Source: Narcine bancroftii (Eukaryota). Taken from it: DNA of 64,000 bases. The position numbers and the translations under genes were made by a program. The stretch is taken from NCBI RefSeq assembly GCF_036971445.1, contig NC_091471.1, forward strand, positions 277,388,001 to 277,452,000. Reading direction: 5' to 3'. Numbering within the stretch: the stretch's first letter is position 1; each line of letters opens with the position of its first letter. The notes beneath the pieces were generated by a model, which saw only the letters and a program-made list of their open reading frames with translations, ran no database searches and was not told the DNA's origin. Of this stretch, positions 63,322-64,000 are shown in pieces.

Positions 63322-64000
63322 TAAAAAAATTTTTATTTTTCACACCATAAACCACATTGACCAAGATACATACATTTTCCTTTTCAAATATATGCAGTGT
63401 CATTTTCTCCCCCCCTCCCTCCTCCCATCCCACCCTCCCTACCTCCCCCCCCCATCCATTTAAAGTACAAAATCTAAGATACATTAAACCAGTCAAACAA
63501 TGTTGTCATTCAATAAAAATAAACAAGAAATTCCACTGAGTCAATTCTTTTCATTTCCTTGTCCTTTCGTTAATTTAGGTAGTGAATGTCCCCGGTAGGT
63601 TTTCTCTATTGTGTTTCATGTAAGGTTCCCATATTTGTTCAAATATTTCAATATTATTTCTTAAACTATATGTTATTTTTTCTAATGGAATACATTTATT
63701 CATTTCTATATACCATTGTTGTATTTTCAAATTATCTTCCAATTTCCAGGTTGACATAATACATTTTTTTGCTATGGCTAGAGCTATCTTAACAAATCTT
63801 TTTTGTGCACCATCCAAATCAATTCCAAATTCTTTGTTTTTTATGTTACTTAGGTGGAAGATCTCTGGATTTTTTGGTATATTGTTTTCTGTAATTTTAT
63901 TTAATGTCTGGTTTAGATCTTCCCAAAATTTTTCTACTTTCTTACATGTTCAGATTGCATGAATTGTTGTTCCCATTTCTTTTTTACATCGAAAACATCT
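63322..64000 (-). mobile_element. L1-clade LINE 3' end with undeleted ORF2 C-terminus (runs off the window)
   Basis: RCFRCKKEMGTTIHAI*TC zinc knuckle; AKKCIMSTWK..EMNKCIPLEKITYSLRNNIEIFEQIWEPY; 3' UTR homologous to 6790-7036. Confidence 0.9.

Overview
Vertebrate genomic DNA, not prokaryotic. The repeat content (CR1, Rex1/Babar, RTE, L1, Tx1, Penelope, Gypsy, tRNA-SINEs) suggests a cartilaginous fish, which is an inference. Two intact, convergent protein-coding genes can be assembled exon by exon. BRICD5 lies on + (6 coding exons, 10628-32518, 227 aa). MLST8 lies on - (8 coding exons, 49327-36356, 326 aa), with a U12-type minor intron and a CpG-rich promoter near 50.2-50.5 kb. Most of the remainder is nested transposon debris, plus a 25-bp minisatellite (15.1-17.2 kb) and a polypurine/polypyrimidine tract. 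Two things stand out. (1) A degenerate class III (ERV-L/ERV-S-like) endogenous retrovirus at ~54.5-60.5 kb (-) has the apparent order LTR-env-gag-pro-RT/tether-polyA-PPT-LTR, i.e. env before gag and no RNase H or integrase. (2) A non-autonomous ORF1-only L1 derivative is present in two copies sharing the same ORF2 deletion, and an undeleted relative lies at the window end. Family assignments come from motifs recognised by eye, with no database search. Boundaries of old repeats are approximate.
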